Below, in pieces: positions 12,211-24,207 of a DNA stretch of 64,000 nucleotides; position 1 is the stretch's first letter, and every line of letters begins with the position of its first letter. Origin of the DNA: Eledone cirrhosa (taxonomy: Eukaryota); assembly GCA_964016885.1 (NCBI GenBank), contig OZ024743.1:263314001-263378000 (forward strand), in the 5' to 3' direction. The position numbers were made by a program, and so were the translations under genes. Under the pieces are notes generated by a model. It was not told the DNA's origin. It saw only the letters and a list, made by a program, of their open reading frames with translations, and did not search any database.

Positions 12211-14127
12211 ATGAACGCTGCGTCCAACGATAATGGTGGTGGAGAGGCGGTAAGACTACAAAGCTCGCAGTCAACAACGTCTTCTTCACTAGATACTATA
12301 GAGATGGAAAGACAAAATGAAAATAAAAAAACGAATTCACATCCAAACAACACAAATGACACCAAACAGCTCAATGACGACAAAAATAACAGCAAAACCA
12401 ATAATGATGATAAAAGCAACAATGATAACAACAACAAAGAAAAAAATAAAGACAACGCCAATAACACCAGCATCAAAGACAACAACAACACCAAGGAAAA
12501 TACGGATGATACCAACATCGGTGACAACAAGAATAACAACAAGAATAACAACAATAATGACAACACCACCAATACGGATTCCACAAAGAAACCAAAAATC
12601 TCCTTTGCGGAGAAAGTTCAAAAGAAAGAACAATTGATATATCTCGACATAACAAATGCTGAACACCTTTTAAAGGACGCTAAGAGATATGTCACCTTCG
12701 AAAAAAATGGTGCTTTCAGCATCAATTCTCCGGTAGAAATTCGCAAGGAAACTGCTCTCAAAACGATAGTTTTTAGGACAGTTTCCAATTCTACCCGAAA
12801 ACCAGTCCAATTGTCACAGAAAGATATTGAACTGGTTTTCAAAGATTCAATGAATGATATTGCATTCATTCAAAGAAGCAAACTTTTTGGGAGTATTTCG
12901 GTACTGATGAAGGATCAATTGACGGCCCAAAATTACTCTGTGTCGCCAATTGTATCCAACCTGTACACCTTTTTCCCTACATACATGGGAAAAAGGACAC
13001 AAAAGATCAGAATCACAAGTGTCACACCAAAGGTGAACATATGGTGGATACTGTGCGGCTTCATCAATTTTGATGAAGACAGAATACTGTCAGTAGGCAA
13101 GTCCCCCAGAGATGTATTCAATGGGACTAGCATTGAAGTTCTGGTGCAAATGAGCCCAGAGCGAATAGCTATGATCCCACAGCGTGTACTCCTGGACGGA
13201 CTTACCTACATAAACCTTTCGGTTGAGGGTAGGCGGCCTTCATGTTACCATTGCTTTAGCAGGGGTCACCTGAGGGCTTCCTGTCCTAAACTAATGAACC
13301 AAAAAAAGGCTCTTCTGCCAACACCCATCAAAACAACACAACCACCAACACCACCACTACAACAACAACACCAACACACAAAAATAACCACAACAAACAC
13401 AGTCCCACCCAACCTCACTCCACCTAAAACCACTGCAAAATCACATACAGACACAACAGCTCCCCAAGACATACCCCTCCCCAATCACACAGACGATACA
13501 ACAGATGAGGCTATCTCGCCATCACCCAGTGAAGACGAGGGAGAACCCCATCGCTCGAAAAGAAAGAAAAGACATCACAAAAGCAAAAAACCAGCAAACA
13601 CTACCACAAACATACAACCACCAACACAAACAACAAAAATATCACAAACAAAACCCCCACCTCCTGAAAACAAAATACCTACAACAAAACGAAAGCACAC
13701 ACAAGAACTACAGACAAAAACAAACACAACACAAGAAAATTACACTTACACTTACATAAACACTGAAAACAAAACACTAATGGAGACCATTACGAACGAC
13801 CCTTCGGTTTTCACCGAAGGGAAAACTTTCGCCCACTCTATAAAAAATAGCAAAAAAATGAACCTAAAACTGATTAGGGTCCCTATACAAACTTATAGGT
13901 CCCTAAAAGAAACATTTGAGAAGGATGTGGGGAATTCCTGCGTGAAACCACTCAACCGCGTCCTTCTCAAATACCTCCCCACCCCAGACACCCCCATTCC
14001 ACCAGACCCCACCCCACCAAACATCTGCGTCCCCACCCCGCCGGAAACCACCACCCATCCAGACAACCCCTCCAACACCCCCATGGAAATCGTGCGGCCT
14101 GGTCCCCAGGAGGCGAAGGGTGAGTGA
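12211..14127 (+). CDS. Tx1/L1 ORF1 nucleic-acid-binding protein
   Basis: 638 aa; Asn-rich N-terminus, SFAEKV motif, zinc knuckle CYHCFSRGHLRASC, Pro/Thr-rich tail, basic KRKKRHHK. Confidence 0.88.
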   Translation: MNAASNDNGGGEAVRLQSSQSTTSSSLDTIEMERQNENKKTNSHPNNTNDTKQLNDDKNNSKTNNDDKSNNDNNNKEKNKDNANNTSIKDNNNTKENTDDTNIGDNKNNNKNNNNNDNTTNTDSTKKPKISFAEKVQKKEQLIYLDITNAEHLLKDAKRYVTFEKNGAFSINSPVEIRKETALKTIVFRTVSNSTRKPVQLSQKDIELVFKDSMNDIAFIQRSKLFGSISVLMKDQLTAQNYSVSPIVSNLYTFFPTYMGKRTQKIRITSVTPKVNIWWILCGFINFDEDRILSVGKSPRDVFNGTSIEVLVQMSPERIAMIPQRVLLDGLTYINLSVEGRRPSCYHCFSRGHLRASCPKLMNQKKALLPTPIKTTQPPTPPLQQQHQHTKITTTNTVPPNLTPPKTTAKSHTDTTAPQDIPLPNHTDDTTDEAISPSPSEDEGEPHRSKRKKRHHKSKKPANTTTNIQPPTQTTKISQTKPPPPENKIPTTKRKHTQELQTKTNTTQENYTYTYINTENKTLMETITNDPSVFTEGKTFAHSIKNSKKMNLKLIRVPIQTYRSLKETFEKDVGNSCVKPLNRVLLKYLPTPDTPIPPDPTPPNICVPTPPETTTHPDNPSNTPMEIVRPGPQEAKGE

Positions 14128-14160
14128 TCTCTTTTCCTCTTTTAACTTTTCAGCACCAAC

Positions 14161-17100
14161 ATGGCCAATATAAGAGTTGGATGTGTGAACGTACGCGGCC
14201 TGGGGATGCCCTGGAAACAGGGCAAACTCTTAAACGACCTCAGGTCACACAGTTTGGATGTGGTAGCCATTTGCGAGTCCAGGATCCACGGCGAGCGACA
14301 GCTGGCCCCCATCTTCGATGACTTTGAAATCTACGCATCTCTCTGTCAACCGGGGGGTGGGGGCGGAGTTGCCGTTTTGCTGCGGAAACACCTGGGCCTC
14401 GTAACACAGACGGTACATCTGGACCCGGAGGGTCGACTGGTGGTCCTAGACGTTGACGGTAGTGAAGGTGGAGCCTTCAGGCTGGTGGCCGCATATGCCC
14501 CATCCGGGACACCGCGGCCAGACTTCTTCAAACGTCTAGAGACTTTTCTGGGAACGTCCCGCTCCTTGCTTTTAGTGGGGGACTGGAATGGAATCCTAGA
14601 TGCACGTTGGGACTATGTGGGAGCATGTCCCGACAAAGGGGGGTGTAACAGCCTCAAACAGTTAATCGACCGATTTGACCTGGCCGATAGATATCGACTA
14701 GATTTTCCGACTGCGCCAATGTGGACGTGGAGTAATCGTAGCGGAACATCTAGATCGTACCTAGATAGGGTTCTAGTTAGAAATAAGGATAGGGACATGT
14801 TAAGCTGTCCACAAATGTTCATGGTTGCCTATTCAGATCACAAACTAGTGACCTGCATGGCCAACCTTGATAGAACCCATAGACAAGGACCCGGCTACTG
14901 GAAGCTGAACTTGTCGTTACCGACAAGCAAAGCCTACAGTAGACGGATTAGCACTTTAGTTAAACAGCACTTGACAGGGGCCATTGTCAACAACAGATGG
15001 TGGTACTCTCTCAAGAGGGCAGTTAGATTAGACTCGATAGTTTTTAGTAAAGAATTAGCGTTAGATAGAAATAGAACCGAGAAGGAACTGGTAGATAAAG
15101 TAGAAGAGGCAATTAGAAGTGGCAACGTAGCCAGCGTGCTAGCAACGAGAACGGCCTTGGACCAGTTCTTCGACGCAAAGCACGAGGGCTGCGTTGTCAG
15201 AAGCAAAATACGTGCTCTGGGAAACGAGGGAGCCAAAGCTGTTAGCTGGGCCCGAGTGACGGAGGCAAAAAGTGGCAACAAGTCCACGATTCGGTCTTTG
15301 AAGGACCAAAACGGACGCGTGATACGTGAGCCGAAGCAGATGTGTGCGGCTTTTCAGCGACACTTTGCTCGGCTGTTCGGGGGGAGCAGCGCGCCGGGAG
15401 AGGCTATGGATTTCGGTCCATACCTCGACGGCCTACCGCGACTCTCGGACAGTGAGGCGAAGTTCTGCGAAAAGCCGATTTCAGCCACTGAGATAGGGGA
15501 CGCGCTGAGCCAATGCGGCAAACGCAAATCTCCAGGTCTCGACGGTCTACCCTACGAATTTTACGTAGCAATGCCGGACTTATTCTCCGGTCTCCTGGAA
15601 GCGGTCTACTGCAACTGGCAACAGAACGGGAGAATTCCCAGTTCTGTAACCGGGGGCGTGGTCACACTAATCAGGAAGGACGAGAATAAGGGGGATGACA
15701 TAGGCAACTTCCGGCCCATAACTCTGCTAAACACAGAGTTACAGATTTTGGCCAAGGTGTTGGCAAAGAGGCTGGCGCTTGTCGTCGAGAACCTGGTGGG
15801 AGAAGCGCAGACATGCGCGATCCCGACCAGGTCCATACACGACAACCTCCACCTCATGCGATACATCATAGAGAGGGTAGGGTGTAAACCCGGCTTCGGT
15901 GGGGCCCTGATCAACTTGGATCAGTCTAAGGCTTTCGATAGGGTTGACCATCGTTACCTGGATGCGGTGCTCGAGGCGGCAGGCTTCGGACCCGTGTTCA
16001 GGGGCTGGATTGCTGCAATGCACAACAGCAACATCTGCTCAAGGGTCAAGGTGAACGGTTACCTCTCGGAGCCGTTCCATATTACGCGATCCATTCGACA
16101 GGGATGCCCTCTCTCCTCCCTTCTGTACGTACTGACTCTCGAGCCACTACTGCGGAAGCTGGAGCTATTGCAGGGCATCCCTCTGGAACCGGGACTGCGG
16201 AAAGCGGCGTCGGCCTACGCCGACGACGTGACAGTAATGGTGTCGAGCGCCTCGCAAATCGAGGAAGTCGGCACCTTACTAAAGGAATACGAAAGTCTCA
16301 CAGGAGCGAAGCTGAACCGGGACAAGTCCATCGGTTTGCAACTCGGATCGTGGAGAGGCAGACCGATGCCTTCCGATGGCGTCGTCGGACGCTGGACGGA
16401 AGGACCGGTAAAGCTGCTCGGGGTCTGGTTTGGTCCGGACCTCCAGGTGGAGAAGAACTGGAACGAAGTGACGGCCAAGGTGTTTGCACTCACCCAGAAG
16501 TGGGCCGAGTGCAAACTATCCTTGAAAGGTCGAGCGGAGGTGGCGAACACTTTTATAGCGTCCGCCATCTACTACCGCTTGACCGTCGTGCCTTGTCCAG
16601 CCAAAACGCTCGCCAAAATGGAGCGCGCCCTCTTCCGATTCCTTTGGAAGAGGCGGGCTCCTTTGGTAAGAAGATCCATCTGCTGCCAACACCCTTCTAA
16701 CGGAGGGCTGGGGATGCCGTGGTTGACGATGCGCAAACACGCGCTCAGGCTGCGGCATCTCTACGTATTCCTCACCGGACAACCGGTGTGGGCCCCGTTC
16801 GTGAGGCGAGCCTTCCCACGACTCGTCTCGCTGACCGAGCTGCAGTCCTGGGTCAAGCAGAGACCGAGGAAAATGGGCGACTGGCACATCGAATGTGCTC
16901 AGGCGCTCACAGCCCTCTGGCAGGCGGACCCAGCGATCAGTGGAGACTCCACTTCGTCATTCTATAGAGGGTTGGTCCGCAGCAAGTGCGACGACGCGCT
17001 CGGTGAAACTCTAGGCGTGGAGGAAGATGAACTGGCCAGTCTGTTCGGTAGGACCTTCCGCCCGGGACCGATGGACAACTTCCAAAAGTCCCTGGCCTGG

Positions 17101-17598
17101 CAGTGCTACCGAGGAGCTCTACCAGTTCGAGACAAGCTCTACAGACATGGGCGCCCGGGCAGGGACCCTGCAAAAAAGATCTGTCCGAGGTGCGTGCGAG
17201 ACGAAGAAACCGTCGCGCACGCATTCATACACTGCCCGGGCGTCACTGACCTGTGGGGCTATGTAGAACGACTATTGTCGCGGGTGGGACCAATCCAGTT
17301 GACCACCGAGTCCATTGTCATGATCAAACCGCCACCCTCCTTCAAAAACGAAGGAGAGGCGGTTTTCCTTTGTGTGATAGCTATGGCGAAAGAGGTTGTA
17401 TGGTGGACAAGGTTGAAAGGGCTGAGGTCAGACACCTTTCTCTCCGGCCAACAACTGATTCTTTTTTTCAAATACCACTTTGGAAGAAGAATCAGGATGG
17501 AGAGAGAGGTGCTGTACCCCAGCAAGTTTTATGAAAGGTGGGTGAAAGTGGCGAGAATGGCCCGAGTGAATGGGCCTTCTCTCTATATCAGCCTGTAG
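14161..17598 (+). CDS. Tx1/L1 ORF2 (APE endonuclease + RT + C-terminal zinc finger)
   Basis: 1145 aa; NVRGL, GDWN, SYLDR, SDH (APE); FRPITLLN, LDQSKAFDRV, RQGCPLS, YADD (RT); GPGYWKLN typical of Tx1; CPRC..H...C. Confidence 0.95.
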   Translation: MANIRVGCVNVRGLGMPWKQGKLLNDLRSHSLDVVAICESRIHGERQLAPIFDDFEIYASLCQPGGGGGVAVLLRKHLGLVTQTVHLDPEGRLVVLDVDGSEGGAFRLVAAYAPSGTPRPDFFKRLETFLGTSRSLLLVGDWNGILDARWDYVGACPDKGGCNSLKQLIDRFDLADRYRLDFPTAPMWTWSNRSGTSRSYLDRVLVRNKDRDMLSCPQMFMVAYSDHKLVTCMANLDRTHRQGPGYWKLNLSLPTSKAYSRRISTLVKQHLTGAIVNNRWWYSLKRAVRLDSIVFSKELALDRNRTEKELVDKVEEAIRSGNVASVLATRTALDQFFDAKHEGCVVRSKIRALGNEGAKAVSWARVTEAKSGNKSTIRSLKDQNGRVIREPKQMCAAFQRHFARLFGGSSAPGEAMDFGPYLDGLPRLSDSEAKFCEKPISATEIGDALSQCGKRKSPGLDGLPYEFYVAMPDLFSGLLEAVYCNWQQNGRIPSSVTGGVVTLIRKDENKGDDIGNFRPITLLNTELQILAKVLAKRLALVVENLVGEAQTCAIPTRSIHDNLHLMRYIIERVGCKPGFGGALINLDQSKAFDRVDHRYLDAVLEAAGFGPVFRGWIAAMHNSNICSRVKVNGYLSEPFHITRSIRQGCPLSSLLYVLTLEPLLRKLELLQGIPLEPGLRKAASAYADDVTVMVSSASQIEEVGTLLKEYESLTGAKLNRDKSIGLQLGSWRGRPMPSDGVVGRWTEGPVKLLGVWFGPDLQVEKNWNEVTAKVFALTQKWAECKLSLKGRAEVANTFIASAIYYRLTVVPCPAKTLAKMERALFRFLWKRRAPLVRRSICCQHPSNGGLGMPWLTMRKHALRLRHLYVFLTGQPVWAPFVRRAFPRLVSLTELQSWVKQRPRKMGDWHIECAQALTALWQADPAISGDSTSSFYRGLVRSKCDDALGETLGVEEDELASLFGRTFRPGPMDNFQKSLAWQCYRGALPVRDKLYRHGRPGRDPAKKICPRCVRDEETVAHAFIHCPGVTDLWGYVERLLSRVGPIQLTTESIVMIKPPPSFKNEGEAVFLCVIAMAKEVVWWTRLKGLRSDTFLSGQQLILFFKYHFGRRIRMEREVLYPSKFYERWVKVARMARVNGPSLYISL

Positions 17599-17837
17599 GT
17601 TGAGGAAAAGGAGGAGGAGAGGAAAGGAGTACAAGCTCTTCGTACTCCTGGAGATGAGGGTTGCACATTTTTTTCGGGGGTCTGTGTTACCCATATAAAC
17701 TGTCTCCCTCTATTGGGGAAAATCGACTAACTTTTAAATTCCATCTGTGATAACATTTTACACGTTTTTATTGTATGTAAACTTCCCCCTTTGTATTTGT
17801 CCCCTTCTTTTGTGCCCCTGTGGCTAATAAAGAAATA

Positions 17838-17869
<32 letters not shown>

Positions 17870-19164
17870 ATGTTTAGGACAATCTCGAACAAAAGTAAAA
17901 AACCAGCTCAACCATCACAGAGTGAGATAGAGCTGGTTTTAAAAGACGTCATGAAGGACATCACCTTCATTCAGAAGGATAGACTCTACGGGAGTCTATC
18001 CATTCTCATGAAGGACAGGGACACAGCAGTGAAACTGTCCATCAAACCAATCACATCCACCGCATACACCTTCTACCCTACGTACGTGGGTAGAAGAACA
18101 CAAAAAATAAAAATCCACACCATCCTGCCGATTATGGACATATGGTGGGTTTTGACAGGTTTTCTGGACCTGGAGGATGACATGCTGGTGTCCATGGGAA
18201 AGGCATCGGGTGACGCGTTCAGTGGAACGAGCCTCGAACTTGTAGTTCAAATGAGGCCCGAAAGGATCGCCCAGATCCCTGAACGCGTCATACTGGATGA
18301 TCAAACCTTCATCAACATTACCGTTGAGGGTAGACGGCCCTCGTGTTACCTCTGCAGAACCAGAGGTCACCTGAGGGCTGTCTGTCCCCAACTTAATAAG
18401 AAAACTCCAATCCTGCCTACACCACCAACAACTGCACAACCAACACAATCACCACAACTACCACTACAAAAACAACCACCACAGCTCAAACCAAAACAAA
18501 ACAATGTCCAACCCATCCCCTCCACTCAAAAAACAAAAACAATTTCCAAAACACCCGTACCGCAAGCACAACCCGAAAATATACCCCTCCCCTCCAACGC
18601 GGAAGATGACCCTAGTTCGTCGTCAGACGAGGAGGAGCACTTCCACACAATCAAAAGAAAAAAAAGAAAACACACCTCAGACACACAAATGAAAACAACC
18701 CCTCCCCAAAACATAACACTGACACCAACACAAAAGAGCTCACAACAACAGCAAACAAAAAACACCACACAAAAACAAAAACATGCATACACATACATAA
18801 ACACAAGAAACAAAAAACTGTTAAACATTGTGTACAACAACAATCTAATAAAAACACAAGGGCCTAACTTCACCCAGGCAGGGGATTTCCCCCACCTCAA
18901 AATGATTACGGCCCCACAGGACACCTATAAAACTTTAAAAAACAATTTTAAAGAGGACGTGGGTCCCCCCTGCGTCGGGCCCATTAACCGCGTCCTCCTA
19001 AAAAACTATCCCACCCCTCCCCAAACACCCACACAACTCCAAGCTCCCCAACCACACAACACACTGATGCCCCTACACTTCCACAAACCACCACCCCACC
19101 CAACAACCCATCCCCCACCCTAATGGAAATTGTGCAGCCCGATACCCGGGACGCAGAGAGGTAA
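17870..19164 (+). pseudogene. Truncated Tx1 ORF1 with a frameshift near its C-terminus
   Basis: CYLCRTRGHLRAVC knuckle; original end MEIVQPDTRDAER* (19123-19164) is out of frame and parallels MEIVRPGPQEAKGE* of element 1. Confidence 0.8.
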
Positions 19165-19188
19165 GTGCCTTTTCTCTTCACCACCAAC

Positions 19189-22100
19189 ATGGCTATGCTA
19201 AGAGTAGGCTGTTTAAATGCGCGTGGCCTGGGCTCAACTTGGAAGCATGCAATGCTTCTAAATGACCTCAGGTCACAACGTATAGATGTGATGGTTATTT
19301 GCGAGGCCCGAATCAGCAACGTGCGACAGCTGGCCCCCACCTTTGATGACTTTGAGATGCACGCATCTCTCTGTCAGCCCGGAGGTGGGGGTGGAGTTGT
19401 CGTTCTGCTGCAAAAACATCTGGGTCTCGCAACACAGATGGTACATTTGGACCCGGAGGGTCGACTAGTGGTTCTGGACCTTGGCAGTGGTAAAGGCGGA
19501 GCGTTTAGGTTGGTAGCCGCCTACGGCCCTTTCGGGTCAATGCGGCCGGACTTCTTCCATCGTCTGGAGACTTTTCTGGGGACGTCCCGCTCCTTGTTAT
19601 TAGTGGGGGACTGGAATGGTATCCTAGATGCACGCTGGGACTACGTAGGGGCCTGTCCCGATAGAGAGGGGTGTAATAGCCTCAAAGGGTTAATCGGTCG
19701 ATTTGACCTGGCCGATAGATATCGACTAGATTTTCCGACTGCGCCAACCTGGACTTGGGCAAATCGTAGCGGAACATCTAGGTCGTACCTAGATAGGTTC
19801 TTAGTTAGAATTAAGGATAAGGACTTTTTAAGTTGTCCAAAAATGCGCATGGTTGGCTATTCAGACCACAAATTAGTGACCTGCATGGTCAACCTTGACA
19901 GAACTCATAGACAGGGCCCTGGTTACTGGAAGCTCAACTTGTCCTTACCGACAAGTAAGGCTTACAGGAACCGGATTAGCACTTTAGTTAAGGAGCGGTT
20001 GACGGGCGCCATCGTCAACAGCAGGTGGTGGGGATCTCTCAAAAGAGAGATTAGAGTAGTCTCTATAGAATTTAGTAAGGAGTTAGCCTCCAATAGAAAT
20101 AGGAAGGAAAGGGAGTTGGTAGATAGTGTAGAAGAGGCAATTAGAAGCGGCGACGTGGCCAGAGTGCTAGCGTCGAGAACGGCCCTGGGCCAGTTCTTCG
20201 ACGCGAAACACGAAGGCTGCATCGTCCGAAGCAAAATACGTGCTCTGGGAAACGAGGGGACCAAAGCTGTTAGCTGGGCCCGCGTGACAGAAGCCAAAAG
20301 AGGGAGCAGATCCACTATCCGGTCTTTGCGAGACCAGGATGGACGGGTGATCCTTGAACCTAAGCAGATGTGCGAGGCTTTTCAAAAGCACTTTGCCGAA
20401 TTGTTCGGAAGGGGCGGGGCCCGGTTGGGGACGTGGACTTCGGTCCATACCTCGACGGCCTGCCGCGTCTCTCGGACAGGGAGGCGAAGTCCTGCGAGGA
20501 GCCGATTTCAGCCGCTGAGATAGAGGACGTGCTGAGCCAATGCGGCAAACGCAAATCCCCGGGTCTCGATGGTCTTCCATACGAACTATATCTAGCTATG
20601 CCGGACTTGTTCCCCGAACTCCTCGAGGACTTTTCTGGGGACGTCCCGCTCCTTGCTATTAGTGGGGGACTGGAATGGTATCCTAGATGCACGCTGGGAC
20701 TACGTAGGGGCCTGCCCCGATAGAGAGGGGTGTAATATTCTCAAAGGGTTAATCGGTCGATTTGACCTGGCCGATAGATATCGACTAGATTTTCCGACTG
20801 CGCCAACCTGGACTTGGGAAAATCGTAGCGGATCATCTAGGTCGTACCTAGATAGGTTCTTAGTTAGAATTAAGGATAAGGACTTTTTAAGTTGTCCAAA
20901 AATGCGCATGGTTGGCTATTCAGACCACAAATTAGTGACCTGCATGGTCAACCTTGACAGAACTCATAGACAGGGCCCCGGTTATTGGAAGCTCAACTTG
21001 TCCTTGCCAGCAAGTAGAGCCTACAGGAATCGGATTAGTACGTTAGTTAAGGAACGGTTGACTGGAGCGATCGTCAACAGCAGGTGGTGGGTATCTCTAA
21101 AGAGAGAGATTAGAGTAGTCTCGATAGAATTTAGTAAGGTTCTAGCTGCGGATAGGAATAGGAAGGAAAGGGAGCTAATAGATAGAGTAGAAGAGGCAAT
21201 TAGAAGCGGCGACGTGGCCAGAGTGCTAGCGTCGAGAACGGCTTTGAGCCAGTTTTTCGACGCGAAGCACGAAGGCTGCGTTGTCCGAAGTAAAATACGT
21301 GCTCTAGGGAACGAGGGGACCAAAGCTGTTAGCTGGGCCCGCGTGACAGAGGCCAACAGTGGAACTAAATCCACCATCCGGTCTTTGCGAGACCTGGATG
21401 GACGGGCGATTCTTGAGCCTAAGCAGATGTGTGAGGCATTTCAAAGGCACTTTGCCCGACTGTTCGGGAGGGGCGGGGAGCCGGTTGGGAACGTGGACTT
21501 CGGTCCATACCTCGACGGCCTGCCGCGCCTCTCGGACAGGGAGGCGAAGTCCTGCGAGGAGCCGATTTCGGCCGCTGAGATAGAGGACGTGCTGAGCCAA
21601 TGCGGCAAACGCAAATCCCCGGGTCTCGATGGTCTTCCTTACGAATTATATCTAGCTATGCCGGACTTGTTCCCCGATCTCCTCGAGGCGGTCTACTGCA
21701 ACTGGCAACAGAACGGCAGAATTCCCTGTACTGTGACCAAGGGCGTAGTCACGCTAGTGAGGAAGGACGAGAACAAGGGGGACGAAATAAGTAACTTCAG
21801 GCCCATAACTCTGCTAAATACAGAGTTACAGATTTTGGCCAAGGTGCTAGCAAAGAGGTTGGCGCTTGTCGTGGGCAACCTGGTGGGAGATGCGCAGACA
21901 TGCGCTATCCCGTCCAGGTCCATCCATGACAACCTCCACCTCATGCGATACATCATAGAGAGGGTTGGGAACGAACCCGGCTTTGGTGGGGCTCTGATCA
22001 ACTTGGATCAATCTAAGGCGTTCGATAGGGTCGACCATGGTTACCTGGATGCGGTGCTAGCGGCGGCAGGCTTCGGACCCGTTTTCAGGGGCTGGATCAC

Positions 22101-23606
22101 TGCTATGCACAGCAGCCGCATCTGCTCTAGGGTCAAGGTGAACGGCTACCTCTCGGAGCCGTTCAAAATCGCGCGGTCCATCCGACAAGGGTGCCCTCTC
22201 TCCTCCCTTCTGTATGTGTTGACTCTCGAGCCACTACTGCGGAAGTTGGAGTTGTTGCAGGGCATCCCTTTGGAACCGGGATTGCGGAAAGCGGTGTCGG
22301 CCTACGCCGATGACGTGACAGTAATGGTGTCGACGGCCTCCGAAATCGAGGCGGTCGGCACCTTACTGGAGGAGTACGAAAAGTTCACAGGGGCTAAGCT
22401 GAACCGGGACAAGTCGATCGGTTTGCAACTCGGCACGTGGAGGGGCAGCGCCAGGTGGATAAAAACTGGGCGGAGGTTACAAACAGGGTGTTTGCACTGA
22501 CCCAGAAGTGGGCCAGTTGCAAACTATCCCTGAAAGGTCGGGCGGAGGTGGCGAACACCTACATAGCGTCCGTCATCTACTACCGCCTGACCGTAGTGCC
22601 CTGCCCAAGGGAAACCCTCACCAAGATGGAGCGCGCACTCTTCCAATTCCTTTGGAAGAGGCGGGCTCCTATGGTGAGGAGATCCATCTGTTGTCAACAC
22701 CCTTCGAAAGGAGGGCTGGGGATGCCGTGGCTAATGATGCGTAAACACGCATTAAGGCTACGGCACCTCTACGTATTCCTCACCGGACAACCGGTGTGGG
22801 CCTCGTTTGTGAGACGAACCTTTCCCAGACTCGTCTCACTCACCGAGCTGCAATCCTGGGTCAAGCAAAGACCGAGAAAACTGGGCGCCTGGAACACTGA
22901 GTGTGCCCAGGCACTCACCGCCCTCTGGCAGGCGGATCCGGTTATCAGTGGAGACTCCACCGCAACATTCTATAGAGGGCTGGTACGCAGCAGGTGCGAC
23001 GACGCCCTCGGAGAAGCCCTAAACATGGAGGAGGACGAACTGGCCAGCCTGTTCGGTAGGACATTCAGCCCGGGACCTATGGACAACTTCCAGAAGTCCC
23101 TGGCCTGGCAGTGCTACCGAGGGGCTTTACCCGTTCGAGAAAGGCTCTACAGACACGGGCGCCCGGGTAGGGACCCCGCCAAAAAGATCTGTCCCAGATT
23201 CGTGTGCGACGAGGAAACCGTTGCACACGCATTGGTACACTGCTCGGGCGTAGCCGATCTGTGGGGCTATGTCGAACAACTGCTGTCAAGGGTGGGACCG
23301 ATCCGGTTGACCACCGAGTCTATTGTAATGATCAAGCCGCCTCCCCCCTTCAAAGATGAAGCAGAGGCGGTGTTTCTGTGCGTAATAGCCATGGCGAAAG
23401 AGGTTGTATGGTGGACGCGTCTGAAAGGACTGAGGTCAGGCACCTTTCTCTCTGGCCAACAACTGGTCCGTTTCTTCCGATATCATTTCGGAAGAAGGAT
23501 CAGGATGGAGAGAGAGGTGCTGCACCCCAGCCGTTTCTATGAAAGATGGGTGAAAGTGGCGAGAATGGCCCGTGTGAATGGGCCTTCTCTTTACATAAGC
23601 CTGTAG
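19189..23606 (+). pseudogene. Disrupted Tx1 ORF2
   Basis: 1-nt loss near 20420, 1.06-kb internal duplication (19569-20627 / 20628-21687), ~80-bp deletion at 22448 relative to element 1. Confidence 0.88.
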
Positions 23607-24000
23607 GTGGAAAAGAGGAAGGAACGAGGGAGCACCCCCTCTCTGTGCTCCTGAGGAAAAGGGTTGCACACTTTTTTCGGGGGTGTGTGCGACCCCCCAA
23701 GGCGCCTCCTCTCTATTGAGGATTTTGTTATATCTTATTTTATTTTTATATTTTGTTATTGCCTCCTCCTTATTGAGGACGCCTTTTTGTGTAAACTCCC
23801 CCCTTTGTACTTGTCCCCACTTTTGATGCCCTAGTGGCAAATAAAAGAAACATATCTATCTATTTGTCTGTCTGCCTTTCTCTCTTTCTCTCTCTCTCCC
23901 CCCTCTCTCTCTGTATATATATATATATATATACAAAGTGTTAAAACAATCAAATCTTAGTTTATAATTGTATATTAAACATATATAAGTATAAATATTG

Positions 24001-24187
24001 CTGGATTGGCAGTATCGGTAGAGGGTTGGACGCCATGCTTTGCAGCATATAGCTACGGGCCTTTACGATCTGAGTTCAAATCCCGCCGAGGTTAACTTTG
24101 CCTTCATCCTTACGGGGTCGATAAACTAAAGTACCAGTATAATTGTGATAATTGCTGGCCTTGTGCCAAAAGTAGAAACAATTATTA
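24001..24187 (+). mobile_element. tRNA-derived SINE (major family)
   Basis: tggattggcagtatcggtagagg...gagttcaaatcccgccgagg...gtagaaacaattatta. Confidence 0.88.
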
Positions 24188-24207
24188 CTATATATATATA
24201 TATACAC

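Larger units (their letters stand above)
11993..17835 (+). mobile_element. Full-length Tx1-type L1-clade retrotransposon inserted in (ATCT)n
   Basis: 5' UTR, ORF1, ORF2, 3' UTR ending aataaagaaa; (CTAT)n at 11957-11992 and 17836-17869. Confidence 0.9.
17870..23850 (+). mobile_element. 5'-truncated, rearranged sibling Tx1 element directly downstream of the first
   Basis: Starts within ORF1 after (CTAT)n; ends aataaaagaaa + catatctatctat; clearly homologous to but diverged from element 1. Confidence 0.9.

Noticed and set aside
14120-14153. 34-nt intron fusing ORF1 to ORF2
   Set aside because: Would be out of frame, and the acceptor is absent in the sibling
12204-23840. Antisense and alternate-frame ORFs over the Tx1 elements
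   Set aside because: Shadows of biased-composition coding sequence; no domains
24001-24100. Functional tRNA genes in SINE heads
   Set aside because: No cloverleaf; contiguous with SINE body
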